Source of the DNA: Escherichia phage mobillu
Reading direction: 5' to 3' (one strand)
Length of the DNA stretch: 64,000 nucleotides
Sequence record: MN850622.1
The notes beneath the pieces were generated by a model. The model searched no databases. It saw only the letters and a program-made list of their open reading frames with translations, and was not told the DNA's origin. This document shows positions 1 to 8,474 of this stretch, piece after piece; the stretch's first letter is position 1; each line of letters opens with the position of its first letter. The translations under genes and the position numbers were made by a program.

Positions 1-851
1 AATCAAAATCAAGTCTTGCTCGTCCACAAATTATTGATGCAATTTTAGATGCACTGAAATTCAGCACAGACACTTATTTTGTAAGTCCTGAAACTGTTCG
101 TCGTGATTTCACTAAAGAATTCTATACGAAAGTTATTGATCGTTGTGAAAGCATTCAACCATTGATTGATTCATTTGGTAAAATCACACATGTGAACTAC
201 ACTAAGATTGGACGTCTGAAGCCAATGCTGAAACAAGCTTTAGAACACCTTATTCGTTATCATAACCGTTCTCAGGGACAGTACTCTGTTATTCATGGTG
301 ACCCGAACTTCAGTAATACTATGATTACTGATAACGGCGAAGTCAAGTTTATCGACCCTCGTGGATATTTTGGCGAAACCAAGATTTACGGGCCAAAATT
401 GTATGATGAAGCTAAAGTGCTTTATGCTGTTTCAGGTTATGATGAATTCAATGCTAATCCGACCTGGGGACAGTTTACTATTGATGAAACAACTTGTAAT
501 GTGACTATTAACATCAATCCATTAGTTTACAAATATGGAAAGATGAGTTCGTTTAACGAGTATCATCATTTGGCTGTAGCAATTATCTGGATTGCATTAG
601 GTGGTTATTTCAAGAATAATCCACTTAAAGCGGTAGCCGCATATTATAAAGGTATGGAACTTCTGACTAAGCAATTACGTAACATGGGCCGTGTACTTCA
701 AGACGGCTCTATTAGTTATGACGTAGCAGAACCTGTAACGGCTACTCTGATTACAAAAAATCCTGGTAAATGGGTACTAACTGATAAAGAAACTGGTGTT
801 TCCTATCGTCCAATCGGTGGCGATATCACTCATCAATGGGAACGAATCTAA
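1..851 (+). CDS. protein-kinase-like (APH/choline-kinase fold) phosphotransferase, 5-prime truncated at window edge
   Basis: Reading frame open from nt 3 with no stop and no ATG before the window start; catalytic-loop-like VIHGDPNFSNTMI and FIDPRGYFG motifs; stop TAA 849-851. Confidence 0.55.
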   Translation, partial: SKSSLARPQIIDAILDALKFSTDTYFVSPETVRRDFTKEFYTKVIDRCESIQPLIDSFGKITHVNYTKIGRLKPMLKQALEHLIRYHNRSQGQYSVIHGDPNFSNTMITDNGEVKFIDPRGYFGETKIYGPKLYDEAKVLYAVSGYDEFNANPTWGQFTIDETTCNVTININPLVYKYGKMSSFNEYHHLAVAIIWIALGGYFKNNPLKAVAAYYKGMELLTKQLRNMGRVLQDGSISYDVAEPVTATLITKNPGKWVLTDKETGVSYRPIGGDITHQWERI

Positions 852-1237
852 TGCACCGTGTAGAAAACATGCTTAATCTTTGTTTTGATGTCGATGATTG
901 TATAACAGAGTGGAATAACAATCGTGATTACGTGAACTTCAAACCAGACGTCGAAATGGTGTCTGCCATTAATGCCCTGTATGATGCAGGGCATACCATA
1001 ACGCTTTACACTGCTCGCGGTATGAAGTCAGTAGGTCCTGGTCGTATAGCAATTGACATTCTCCCAAGTCTGATTCAGAACTTGGCAAACATTGGCTTGA
1101 AGTACCATAATTTGCTAACACATAAACCAGTATATGATTGGATTATCGACGACAAAGCTATGCGTCCTGACGAATTCAAAGCTCTTATGAATAAAGGCGA
1201 ATTCGAAACATTTAAATCATATAAACCAAATCTATAA
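851..1237 (+). CDS. small HAD-superfamily-like phosphatase (possible 5-prime(3-prime)-nucleotidase type)
   Basis: TAATG overlap with upstream stop; N-terminal FDVDDC (DxD) motif, TLYTARG, and C-terminal K...IIDDK resembling HAD motifs I-IV; alternative start 836. Confidence 0.5.
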   Translation: MHRVENMLNLCFDVDDCITEWNNNRDYVNFKPDVEMVSAINALYDAGHTITLYTARGMKSVGPGRIAIDILPSLIQNLANIGLKYHNLLTHKPVYDWIIDDKAMRPDEFKALMNKGEFETFKSYKPNL

Positions 1238-1294
1238 TAATTTAAGTAAGACCTGCAAAAACCATCGCATCAATTAACGTGAGATGCAAAAAAA

Positions 1295-2455
1295 ATGAAT
1301 ACTTTTAAAATCGGAACGAATTTTGATTTAGCTCTTCTTGATAAAATCGTAGAGCTCAATAAAACTTATCCTAATAGCTTGATAAACGAAGTATACGGCT
1401 CTACAAGAGAAATGGCTTTTGTAGCAGCCAGACCTGATTTTAGGCTTCCTGACGTTGACAAAAAGATGTTAGAAGATTACGTTAAACGTTGTAACGAATT
1501 AGGTATTTGCTTTAACTATACACTCAACACGATAAATCCTGGTTCAAAAAGAGAACTAGTTGAGTGGAAGAAGAAAGCTATTCAGGATTATGTTCAGTAT
1601 CTTTGGTCAATAGGCGTATGGCGTATTACTATCGCTAACCCTGTTGTTATGGAAATTGTTCGTGAAGTCAATAAAGACATTGAGATTGAAGTTTCAACAA
1701 TTCTACATGTCGATGCTGTAACTCAAATCAAATACTTGCATGACCAGTATAATATCAAAAAGGTCTGCTGTGGAATTCATAAGAACCGTTCAGTTTCTTT
1801 CCTGAAGCGTGCAGCAGAGTTTTGCAATAAGAACAATATAATATTTGAAGTTCTTGTAAATGAGTTCTGTTCTAATGCTGGTAAAGGGTATACAACACAT
1901 TGTAGCTATCGTGACTCTTGCTATATTTTCCATAGTACTGATGTTACAGCTGATGATGCTAAATCCTTAAACGGATATCCTATGCAGCACTGTATTAAAG
2001 CTCGTGATACAGACCCATTTAACTGGTTGAGAACTCGTTTTGTTCGTCCTCAAGATTTGAAACTTTATAATGATATTGGTATCACTCAATTCAAAGTTTC
2101 AGGACGTACAGGTAGCACAGACTACATTTTGAAAGTTCTTGAAGCATACGCTTCTGAAAAGTTTGAAGGTAATTTGTTAGAACTGTGGAAGCCTTTAGAG
2201 ACTATTTTCACTCTTGAAAATGAGACCGAGTTTTCACATACGGTAAATATTGAAACCTCTTTGTTAGATGGCTTTTTAGAAAAAAGGTGGTTCAGACATC
2301 CAGATTTCGATTGTGCTAATGAAATCTGCGGGACGACGTGTACATATTGTGAAAGATATTATAAACGTCAGTTATCTAAAAATGGGTTATCAGAAAATTC
2401 TATATCTATTATTGATATAACTAACTCTGATGACGCTTTGAGGTACCCAGAATGA
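1295..2455 (+). CDS. peptidase U32-family protein (RlhA/TrhP/UbiU-like putative Fe-S prephenate-dependent hydroxylase)
   Basis: 386 aa; N-terminal layout and FKVSGRTGSTDY segment resemble U32 KIEGR region; multiple Cys incl. C-terminal CxxxxCxxxCxxC; assignment from memory of family motifs. Confidence 0.5.
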   Translation: MNTFKIGTNFDLALLDKIVELNKTYPNSLINEVYGSTREMAFVAARPDFRLPDVDKKMLEDYVKRCNELGICFNYTLNTINPGSKRELVEWKKKAIQDYVQYLWSIGVWRITIANPVVMEIVREVNKDIEIEVSTILHVDAVTQIKYLHDQYNIKKVCCGIHKNRSVSFLKRAAEFCNKNNIIFEVLVNEFCSNAGKGYTTHCSYRDSCYIFHSTDVTADDAKSLNGYPMQHCIKARDTDPFNWLRTRFVRPQDLKLYNDIGITQFKVSGRTGSTDYILKVLEAYASEKFEGNLLELWKPLETIFTLENETEFSHTVNIETSLLDGFLEKRWFRHPDFDCANEICGTTCTYCERYYKRQLSKNGLSENSISIIDITNSDDALRYPE

Positions 2456-2691
2456 TTTCTAGAAAAACTTTTAACCACCAACTTAATGAAGAGATTTTGA
2501 CTATGAAAATTAACAGCAACGAACAAATTCTTAAAAAGGCCCTTATGGGCCTGTTTGAAACTAAAGCGGCTAAAGTGATTAAAGGACCTGTTCAATTGGA
2601 ATACTACGCTGATGCATTTCTTCATAGTGTTCTTGGAAGTATCGATGCTGAAGCTTTACGTTATATCAACATTGTCAAGAAATTCAAATAA
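2452..2691 (+). CDS. hypothetical protein
   Basis: ATGA start/stop overlap with upstream gene; 79 aa; no recognisable motif. Confidence 0.45.
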   Translation: MISRKTFNHQLNEEILTMKINSNEQILKKALMGLFETKAAKVIKGPVQLEYYADAFLHSVLGSIDAEALRYINIVKKFK

Positions 2692-2714
2692 GCTTTACGA
2701 ATTGAGTATATAAT
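2692..2714 (+). promoter_or_regulatory. putative middle promoter for gene 42 (MotA box GCTTTA + TATAAT)
   Basis: aGCTTTAcgaattgagtaTATAAT, box-to--10 gap 11 nt. Confidence 0.35.
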
Positions 2715-2733
2715 AAATTGTATTGAGGTAAAC

Positions 2734-3450
2734 ATGGGAAAACATAACACAATGAAATATATCAAAGCCGCAGATTTTCAAACCGCATTTAAAGCAGTCA
2801 ATCGTGAAATTTTAGAAAACCCGGAATTCGTAACTGATTCTCGTATTGGACGTTGTAATGAAATTGGGTCTATGACAGTAGTTGTTGACACTCCATCATC
2901 ATTCAAAATGACCGACCCACGTATTAACCGCATCTCTTATGAATACGCCGAAGATTTCTGGAAGTTTATGATTTCTGGTGGTACCAACGCAGAAGAAGCG
3001 TTTAAGGCATATCCTAATGTCGCTAAATTTATTTCTAAACCAAAATCAGATGTTTTGCCGGCGAACTTCAACACTTTCTACGGTCCTCGCATTGCGGCCC
3101 AATTACCAGCTCTTCTAAAAGAACTTAAAGAGAAGCCTAACTCCCGAAGAGTTGTGTTCCAAATTCTAGAAAGTTCTGATCAGGCTTTGCTTGATTCAGA
3201 CGAAACGCTTGAATATCCATGTACTGACTCAGTGACTTATTATATTCGTGATGGTAAGCTTTATACCCACTGTCATATGCGTTCTCAGAACTGTGCTGTT
3301 GTTATGCAGTTGGATTTTTATCTCCAAGGAAAATTACTTCATTATATCGCTAACGAATGTGGTGTAGAAGTTGGTGATTATACTCATACCATGGTAAGTG
3401 CCCATGTGTTTGAACGTGATTTTGATTATGTTAAAGGATTCCTTGACTAA
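2734..3450 (+). CDS. 42: dCMP hydroxymethylase (thymidylate-synthase superfamily), gene 42 homolog
   Basis: GAGGT RBS; SRR and YPCTD catalytic-Cys motif, MRSQN motif, Asp at position +31 from catalytic Cys (equivalent to T4 gp42 Asp179 / TS Asn177); syntenic with T4 gene 42 next to uvsX. Confidence 0.75.
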   Translation: MGKHNTMKYIKAADFQTAFKAVNREILENPEFVTDSRIGRCNEIGSMTVVVDTPSSFKMTDPRINRISYEYAEDFWKFMISGGTNAEEAFKAYPNVAKFISKPKSDVLPANFNTFYGPRIAAQLPALLKELKEKPNSRRVVFQILESSDQALLDSDETLEYPCTDSVTYYIRDGKLYTHCHMRSQNCAVVMQLDFYLQGKLLHYIANECGVEVGDYTHTMVSAHVFERDFDYVKGFLD

Positions 3451-4349
3451 TGGCTATTTTCCGCGTACCAATCTTGAGTATGCGGTCTTATGAAACTGGA
3501 CAGTATGCTATCCTTAAGGATGGCAACTTCCAACTTCATTTGCACCGTGCTAATCCAGGTGATGTGATTACATATCCACGTAATGCATCTGATATTAAAG
3601 AATGCGAACGTCTTTTCCCAGAATTTAAGTTTGTTCCATTATGGTATAAAGATAACGCGTATAACACTCGTAAATATTTCTGGTCTGAAAATGAATTTGT
3701 GGTTGATTCATTAATTGCTTATTATGATTGTGATTTTCTAATCACAGATATCACCGGATATGACGGTGCTTTTGATGTAGAATTCAATTTCAATATCACT
3801 GCAGACCCTAATAAACCACGTTTTTATATTGACGAATTCTTAAAAACCGACATGTTGTCGGTTAATCGTTCACTTCAAACTACTGTGTTGAACGAACGTC
3901 AAAAAGAAGTGCTGGTTAACGCAGGTGCAGATGGTAATAAGATTATCGTAACGCAGAAAGTTATACGTCCTTCCATCATGCAGCGTCTTGTAGGTGATTT
4001 GGCTCCTATTCATCTAGATGGTATTTTTCATCCATTTCGAATTAGCGACCCGTGCTATCGTTTTGAACAAGTGGTTGAATGTGCAATTCAATTAGGCCAA
4101 CCGCTTTATATAACCGATCCAAATAATAGCTTCGACAGAAATAAGTATCCTGAAGAAGCGCTGATTCGAATTTTTAAACCAACTAAAACTGAGTACTATC
4201 AAATTCTTAAAGGACGTCCGAAAATTCAATATTTCGAAAATCCTGAAGAAGTATTCCATCCAGGTCTTGGTGAGTTCATCTACTTTAATGCTTTAATTTC
4301 TTCGCCGTATAATATACCTAAATATGAAGATGTCGTAATCGAGGAATAA
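3450..4349 (+). CDS. hypothetical protein in beta-gt syntenic slot (possible transferase)
   Basis: TAATG coupling to gene 42; 299 aa; no recognisable similarity to T4 beta-glucosyltransferase by eye. Confidence 0.5.
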   Translation: MAIFRVPILSMRSYETGQYAILKDGNFQLHLHRANPGDVITYPRNASDIKECERLFPEFKFVPLWYKDNAYNTRKYFWSENEFVVDSLIAYYDCDFLITDITGYDGAFDVEFNFNITADPNKPRFYIDEFLKTDMLSVNRSLQTTVLNERQKEVLVNAGADGNKIIVTQKVIRPSIMQRLVGDLAPIHLDGIFHPFRISDPCYRFEQVVECAIQLGQPLYITDPNNSFDRNKYPEEALIRIFKPTKTEYYQILKGRPKIQYFENPEEVFHPGLGEFIYFNALISSPYNIPKYEDVVIEE

Positions 4350-4350
4350 A

Positions 4351-4899
4351 ATGGCTAAAATTATTTTAGTAGATGGCCCAGATAATGCTGGTAAAACAAC
4401 TTTCATTAATGACATAATGGAAATTAGTGAAAGATATGTAAAGATTGATTTCCCTAAACGAACAGTTGATGGGCGTTTCGATGTTAAGTCTCGAAATGAA
4501 GTTGGCTGCTTCGAAACGATGTTGAATTATTTAGACCCTACTAAGATTTATCTGTTAGACCGTGGATATATTAGTAACTGGGTTTATGGACGTATTCGAC
4601 AAGATGCGGACTCGGTTCTTGACGTTTATGAACAGGATTATGTTCGTCTTTGCCAAAACCATGATGTGTTCACAATTATTTTAACACGTAACGAAATGAC
4701 TGAAAGTTTTGAAGACGACCTTATTACTTTGTCTTCATTCGGTTTTAATACAGTCATTTCACATTTTGAAGAGTTTGCAATTCATAACAAAATCCAAACG
4801 TATCAATTACTTAATCATGATGGTGCTAACAAAGTTATAGGATTTAATGCAAGCGAACGTAATTATTTGATTACAGAAATTATCAAATGGGCTCGTTAA
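4351..4899 (+). CDS. P-loop nucleotide/nucleoside kinase-like protein (TMPK/dNK-like)
   Basis: Walker A VDGPDNAGKTT near N-terminus; LDRGYISNWVYG resembles DR(Y/H) motif of thymidylate/deoxynucleoside kinases. Confidence 0.6.
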   Translation: MAKIILVDGPDNAGKTTFINDIMEISERYVKIDFPKRTVDGRFDVKSRNEVGCFETMLNYLDPTKIYLLDRGYISNWVYGRIRQDADSVLDVYEQDYVRLCQNHDVFTIILTRNEMTESFEDDLITLSSFGFNTVISHFEEFAIHNKIQTYQLLNHDGANKVIGFNASERNYLITEIIKWAR

Positions 4900-4919
4900 G
4901 AGCCATTTAAAGTTTTAAA

Positions 4920-4944
4920 TGCTGTATAACCCTTAGTATATAAT
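4920..4944 (+). promoter_or_regulatory. putative middle promoter for uvsX (MotA-box-like TGCTGTA + TATAAT)
   Basis: aaaTGCTGTAtaacccttagtaTATAAT. Confidence 0.3.
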
Positions 4945-4997
4945 CATCTTATCTTTTAAACATGAGTAAAATATAATGATGCCTATGGAAAAATACA

Positions 4998-6170
4998 ATG
5001 TCTGATTTAAAATCTCGTTTGATTAAAGCTTCTACTTCTAAAATGACTGCAGACTTGACTAAGTCTAAGCTGTTTAATAATCGCGATGAAGTCCCTACTC
5101 GTATTCCAATGTTGAATATTGCACTAGGTGGTGCACTGAATGCCGGGTTGCAATCAGGCTTGACTATTTTTGCTGCTCCTTCTAAACACTTTAAAACGTT
5201 GTTTGGACTGACCATGGTTGCAGCATATATGAAGAAATATAAAGATGCAATCTGTTTGTTTTATGACTCAGAATTCGGTGCTTCGGAATCTTATTTTCGT
5301 TCAATGGGTGTTGATTTAGACCGTGTAGTTCATACTCCGATTCAATCGGTCGAACAACTTAAGGTTGATATGACTAATCAGCTTGACGCGATTGAACGCG
5401 GTGATAAAGTTATTATCTTTATTGACTCGATTGGTAATACTGCATCTAAGAAAGAAACCGAAGATGCATTGAACGAGAAAGTTGTAGGTGATATGTCTCG
5501 TGCTAAGGCACTTAAATCTCTGTTCCGCATTGTGACCCCGTATCTGACTATTAAAGATATTCCGTGTGTTGCAATTAACCATACAGCAATGGAAATCGGC
5601 GGATTGTATCCTAAAGAGATTATGGGCGGTGGTACAGGTATTCTTTATTCTGCCAACACGGTATTTTTTATCTCTAAACGTCAGGTTAAAGAAGGTACAG
5701 AATTGACCGGTTATGACTTCACGTTGAAAGCAGAAAAATCTCGCACAGTTAAAGAGAAATCTACTTTCCCGATCACGGTTAATTTTGATGGCGGTATTGA
5801 CCCATTCAGTGGCTTGTTAGAAATGGCAACTGAAATTGGTTTTGTAGTTAAGCCTAAAGCTGGTTGGTATGCTCGTGAATTCCTTGACGAAGAAACAGGT
5901 GAAATGATTCGTGAAGAAAAATCATGGCGTGCTAAAGCTACTGATTGTGTAGAATTCTGGGGACCTTTGTTTAAACACAAACCTTTCCGAGATGCAATTG
6001 AAACTAAATATAAACTAGGTGCTATCTCTTCTATTAAAGAAGTTGATGACGCTGTTAACGACCTTATTAATTGCAAAGCAACAACTAAAGTTCCGGTTAA
6101 AACTTCTGATGCTCCATCTGCAGCAGATATAGAAAACGACCTTGACGAAATGGAAGATTTCGATGAATAA
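4998..6170 (+). CDS. uvsX: UvsX RecA-like recombinase
   Basis: 390 aa; strong N-terminal and core similarity to T4 UvsX; synteny uvsX-40-41. Confidence 0.95.
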   Translation: MSDLKSRLIKASTSKMTADLTKSKLFNNRDEVPTRIPMLNIALGGALNAGLQSGLTIFAAPSKHFKTLFGLTMVAAYMKKYKDAICLFYDSEFGASESYFRSMGVDLDRVVHTPIQSVEQLKVDMTNQLDAIERGDKVIIFIDSIGNTASKKETEDALNEKVVGDMSRAKALKSLFRIVTPYLTIKDIPCVAINHTAMEIGGLYPKEIMGGGTGILYSANTVFFISKRQVKEGTELTGYDFTLKAEKSRTVKEKSTFPITVNFDGGIDPFSGLLEMATEIGFVVKPKAGWYAREFLDEETGEMIREEKSWRAKATDCVEFWGPLFKHKPFRDAIETKYKLGAISSIKEVDDAVNDLINCKATTKVPVKTSDAPSAADIENDLDEMEDFDE

Positions 6171-6504
6171 TCTCGATGATTTAAATCTAGAAATCGTTGA
6201 TGAATCCCCTTCTTCGGAAGGGGAAGACATTCGCAAAGAACGAGTGTTTAATGAATCTCTTAAAATTGTCCGTTCAGCAATGGAAAATGTCATTCAAGAG
6301 ATTCTGATTACACTTGAAGACGGTTCCCATCATATAGTCTATATTACAAAACTAGACTGGGTTGATGGTAAAATCGTAATGGACTTTGCAGTTCTTGACC
6401 AGGACAGAAAAGCAGAACTTGCACCGCACGTTGAAAAATGTGTTACAATGCAAGTACAACAAGCTTTTAATGAACGAACCAAGAAAAAATTTAAATTCTT
6501 TTAA
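6163..6504 (+). CDS. 40: gp40-like head vertex assembly chaperone
   Basis: 113 aa, ATG overlapping uvsX stop; position between uvsX and 41 as in T4. Confidence 0.5.
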   Translation: MNNLDDLNLEIVDESPSSEGEDIRKERVFNESLKIVRSAMENVIQEILITLEDGSHHIVYITKLDWVDGKIVMDFAVLDQDRKAELAPHVEKCVTMQVQQAFNERTKKKFKFF

Positions 6505-6513
6505 GGAGTTATC

Positions 6514-7956
6514 GTGGTAGAAATTATTTTGTCTCATCTAGTATATGACCAGGCTTATTTTTCTAAGGTCTGGCCTTATATGGATTCTGAGTATTTTGAG
6601 CGTGGACCGGCAAAAAATGTCTTTAAAATTATAAAGAGCCACGTTAACGAATATAATGCAATGCCATCTATCAATGCGTTAAAGGTGGCTTTAGATAACA
6701 GTTCTTTAACTGAAGCCGAATATAAAGGAACTTCAGACCTAATTGAAAAATTGGCTGATACTCCTGAAGACCATGAATGGTTGGTTAAAGAAACTGAGAA
6801 ATATGTCCAGCAAAAAGCGATGTATAATGCTACATCCAAAATCATTGAGATTCAGTCTAATGCTGAACTACCTCCAGAACAACGTAACAAGAAAATGCCT
6901 GACGTAGGAGCTATTCCTGATATTATGCGTCAAGCACTTTCAATTTCGTTTGATAGTTATGTTGGTCATGACTGGATGGAAGACTACGAAGCACGCTGGC
7001 TTTCTTATCTAAATAAAGCACGTAAGGTCCCGTTCAAATTAAACATTTTGAATAAAATCACTAAAGGTGGTGCTGAAACAGGTACACTAAACGTTTTAAT
7101 GGCCGGTGTTAACGTTGGTAAATCTTTAGGCCTTTGTTCACTTGCTGCAGATTATCTTCAAACAGGTCATAACGTTCTTTATATTTCTATGGAAATGGCT
7201 GAAGAAGTTTGTGCTAAGCGTATAGATGCAAACATGCTTGACGTATCACTCGATGATATCGATGATGGTAACGTATCTTATGCTGAATATAAAGCCAAGA
7301 TGGAAAAATGGCGTTCAAAAACAACATTAGGACGTTTAGTAGTTAAACAGTATCCCACTGGTGGAGCTAATGCTAATACATTTCGTGCATTGCTTAATGA
7401 GTTAAAACTTAAGAAGAACTTTGTGCCATCTGTAATCATGGTTGATTACTTAGGTATTTGTGGGTCTTGTCGTATCAGAGTTTACACTGAAAATAGCTAC
7501 ACATTAGTTAAAGCTATCGCAGAAGAACTTCGTGCATTAGCAGTAGAATCTGAAACAGTTCTATGGACTGCAGCTCAAGTAGGACGGGCAGCATGGGATG
7601 CTTCGGATATGAACATGAGCGATATTGCAGAATCAGCAGGTTTACCAGCAACGGCAGATTTCATGTTGGCCGTAATTGAAACCGAAGAACTTGCACAAGC
7701 TGAACAACAACTTATCAAACAAATCAAATCACGATACGGCGATAAGAATAAGTGGAATAAATTCCTGATGGGTGTACGTAAAGGCAACCAGAAATGGATT
7801 GAGATTGAGCAAGAAGGCATGAACACACCTAACACAGTAAATGAAAACGCAGGTGCTCAGATGCGTCAGGCAGAGGTGAATCGTACGGAACGCGTAGGTA
7901 AAGCCAAAGCAACACGTGCTGACCTAGATAGCTTAGCCAATGAGTTAAAATTTTAA
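6514..7956 (+). CDS. 41: gp41 replicative DnaB-like helicase
   Basis: 480 aa, GTG start after AAGGAG; N-terminus MVEIILSHL...YFSKVWPYMDSEYFE matches T4 gp41; Walker A GVNVGKS. Confidence 0.95.
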   Translation: MVEIILSHLVYDQAYFSKVWPYMDSEYFERGPAKNVFKIIKSHVNEYNAMPSINALKVALDNSSLTEAEYKGTSDLIEKLADTPEDHEWLVKETEKYVQQKAMYNATSKIIEIQSNAELPPEQRNKKMPDVGAIPDIMRQALSISFDSYVGHDWMEDYEARWLSYLNKARKVPFKLNILNKITKGGAETGTLNVLMAGVNVGKSLGLCSLAADYLQTGHNVLYISMEMAEEVCAKRIDANMLDVSLDDIDDGNVSYAEYKAKMEKWRSKTTLGRLVVKQYPTGGANANTFRALLNELKLKKNFVPSVIMVDYLGICGSCRIRVYTENSYTLVKAIAEELRALAVESETVLWTAAQVGRAAWDASDMNMSDIAESAGLPATADFMLAVIETEELAQAEQQLIKQIKSRYGDKNKWNKFLMGVRKGNQKWIEIEQEGMNTPNTVNENAGAQMRQAEVNRTERVGKAKATRADLDSLANELKF

Positions 7957-7962
7957 TAAAAA

Positions 7963-7983
7963 GGAGACTTCGGTCTCCTTTCG
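7963..7983 (+). terminator. UUCG-tetraloop hairpin terminator after gene 41
   Basis: ggagaCTTCGgtctcc followed by short T-run. Confidence 0.55.
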
Positions 7984-7985
7984 GG

Positions 7986-8015
7986 GTTTACATCTTCCTC
8001 TAGGCATGATATGAT
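7986..8015 (+). promoter_or_regulatory. T4-type early promoter
   Basis: GTTTAC -35, TATGAT -10, spacer 18; directly after gene 41 terminator hairpin. Confidence 0.5.
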
Positions 8016-8044
8016 GTACTTACACCAACCAAGAGGAAAACATT

Positions 8045-8419
8045 ATGAATATGTCTCAAGCAATTTTTACTGTAATCACCGAAAACACAACTGTTGAAGT
8101 AGTTTCTCCACTGGCAACCTACGTTATTCTTGCTCCTAAAACTATTGTATCTCGTATGGAAAACATGGGCAAACGTATCGTACAAATAGTTGGAGCCGGA
8201 AATCAAAAACTTGATTATCTACGAACCATCAAAGCTTATGAACATTTCCAACTCGAAAAAGGTTCTCCTATCCAGGTAGAACTCGTAAATGGTGATATCG
8301 TTCGAGCAATGTTCCATCATTTCTATGCATTGAATGACCCATCTAAAGCGGTTCGTTTAATTGCATACGACGCAAACCAAAACGAAATCAACGCAGATGT
8401 ATCTAAATTACGTTTTTAA
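8045..8419 (+). CDS. hypothetical protein
   Basis: 124 aa ORF downstream of early promoter; no motif recognised. Confidence 0.5.
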   Translation: MNMSQAIFTVITENTTVEVVSPLATYVILAPKTIVSRMENMGKRIVQIVGAGNQKLDYLRTIKAYEHFQLEKGSPIQVELVNGDIVRAMFHHFYALNDPSKAVRLIAYDANQNEINADVSKLRF

Positions 8420-8448
8420 GTTTACTTCTCCAGTAGTTGTGTTATTAT
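8420..8448 (+). promoter_or_regulatory. T4-type early promoter with 10-bp inverted repeat around -10
   Basis: GTTTAC ... TATTAT; ccagtagttg / caactactgg flank the -10. Confidence 0.6.
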
Positions 8449-8474
8449 AGATCTATCAACTACTGGAGAACAAA

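Noticed and set aside
2368-2625. Minus-strand 85-aa ORF overlapping the U32-like gene end and next ORF
   Set aside because: Antisense shadow ORF inside well-supported + strand coding sequence; no RBS.
3450-4349. Calling the 299-aa protein a beta-glucosyltransferase on synteny alone
   Set aside because: No recognisable sequence similarity to T4 beta-gt by eye; left as unknown.
5711-6293. Minus-strand ORFs (121 and 92 aa) inside uvsX/gene 40
   Set aside because: Lie antisense within strongly supported uvsX coding sequence; typical shadow ORFs.
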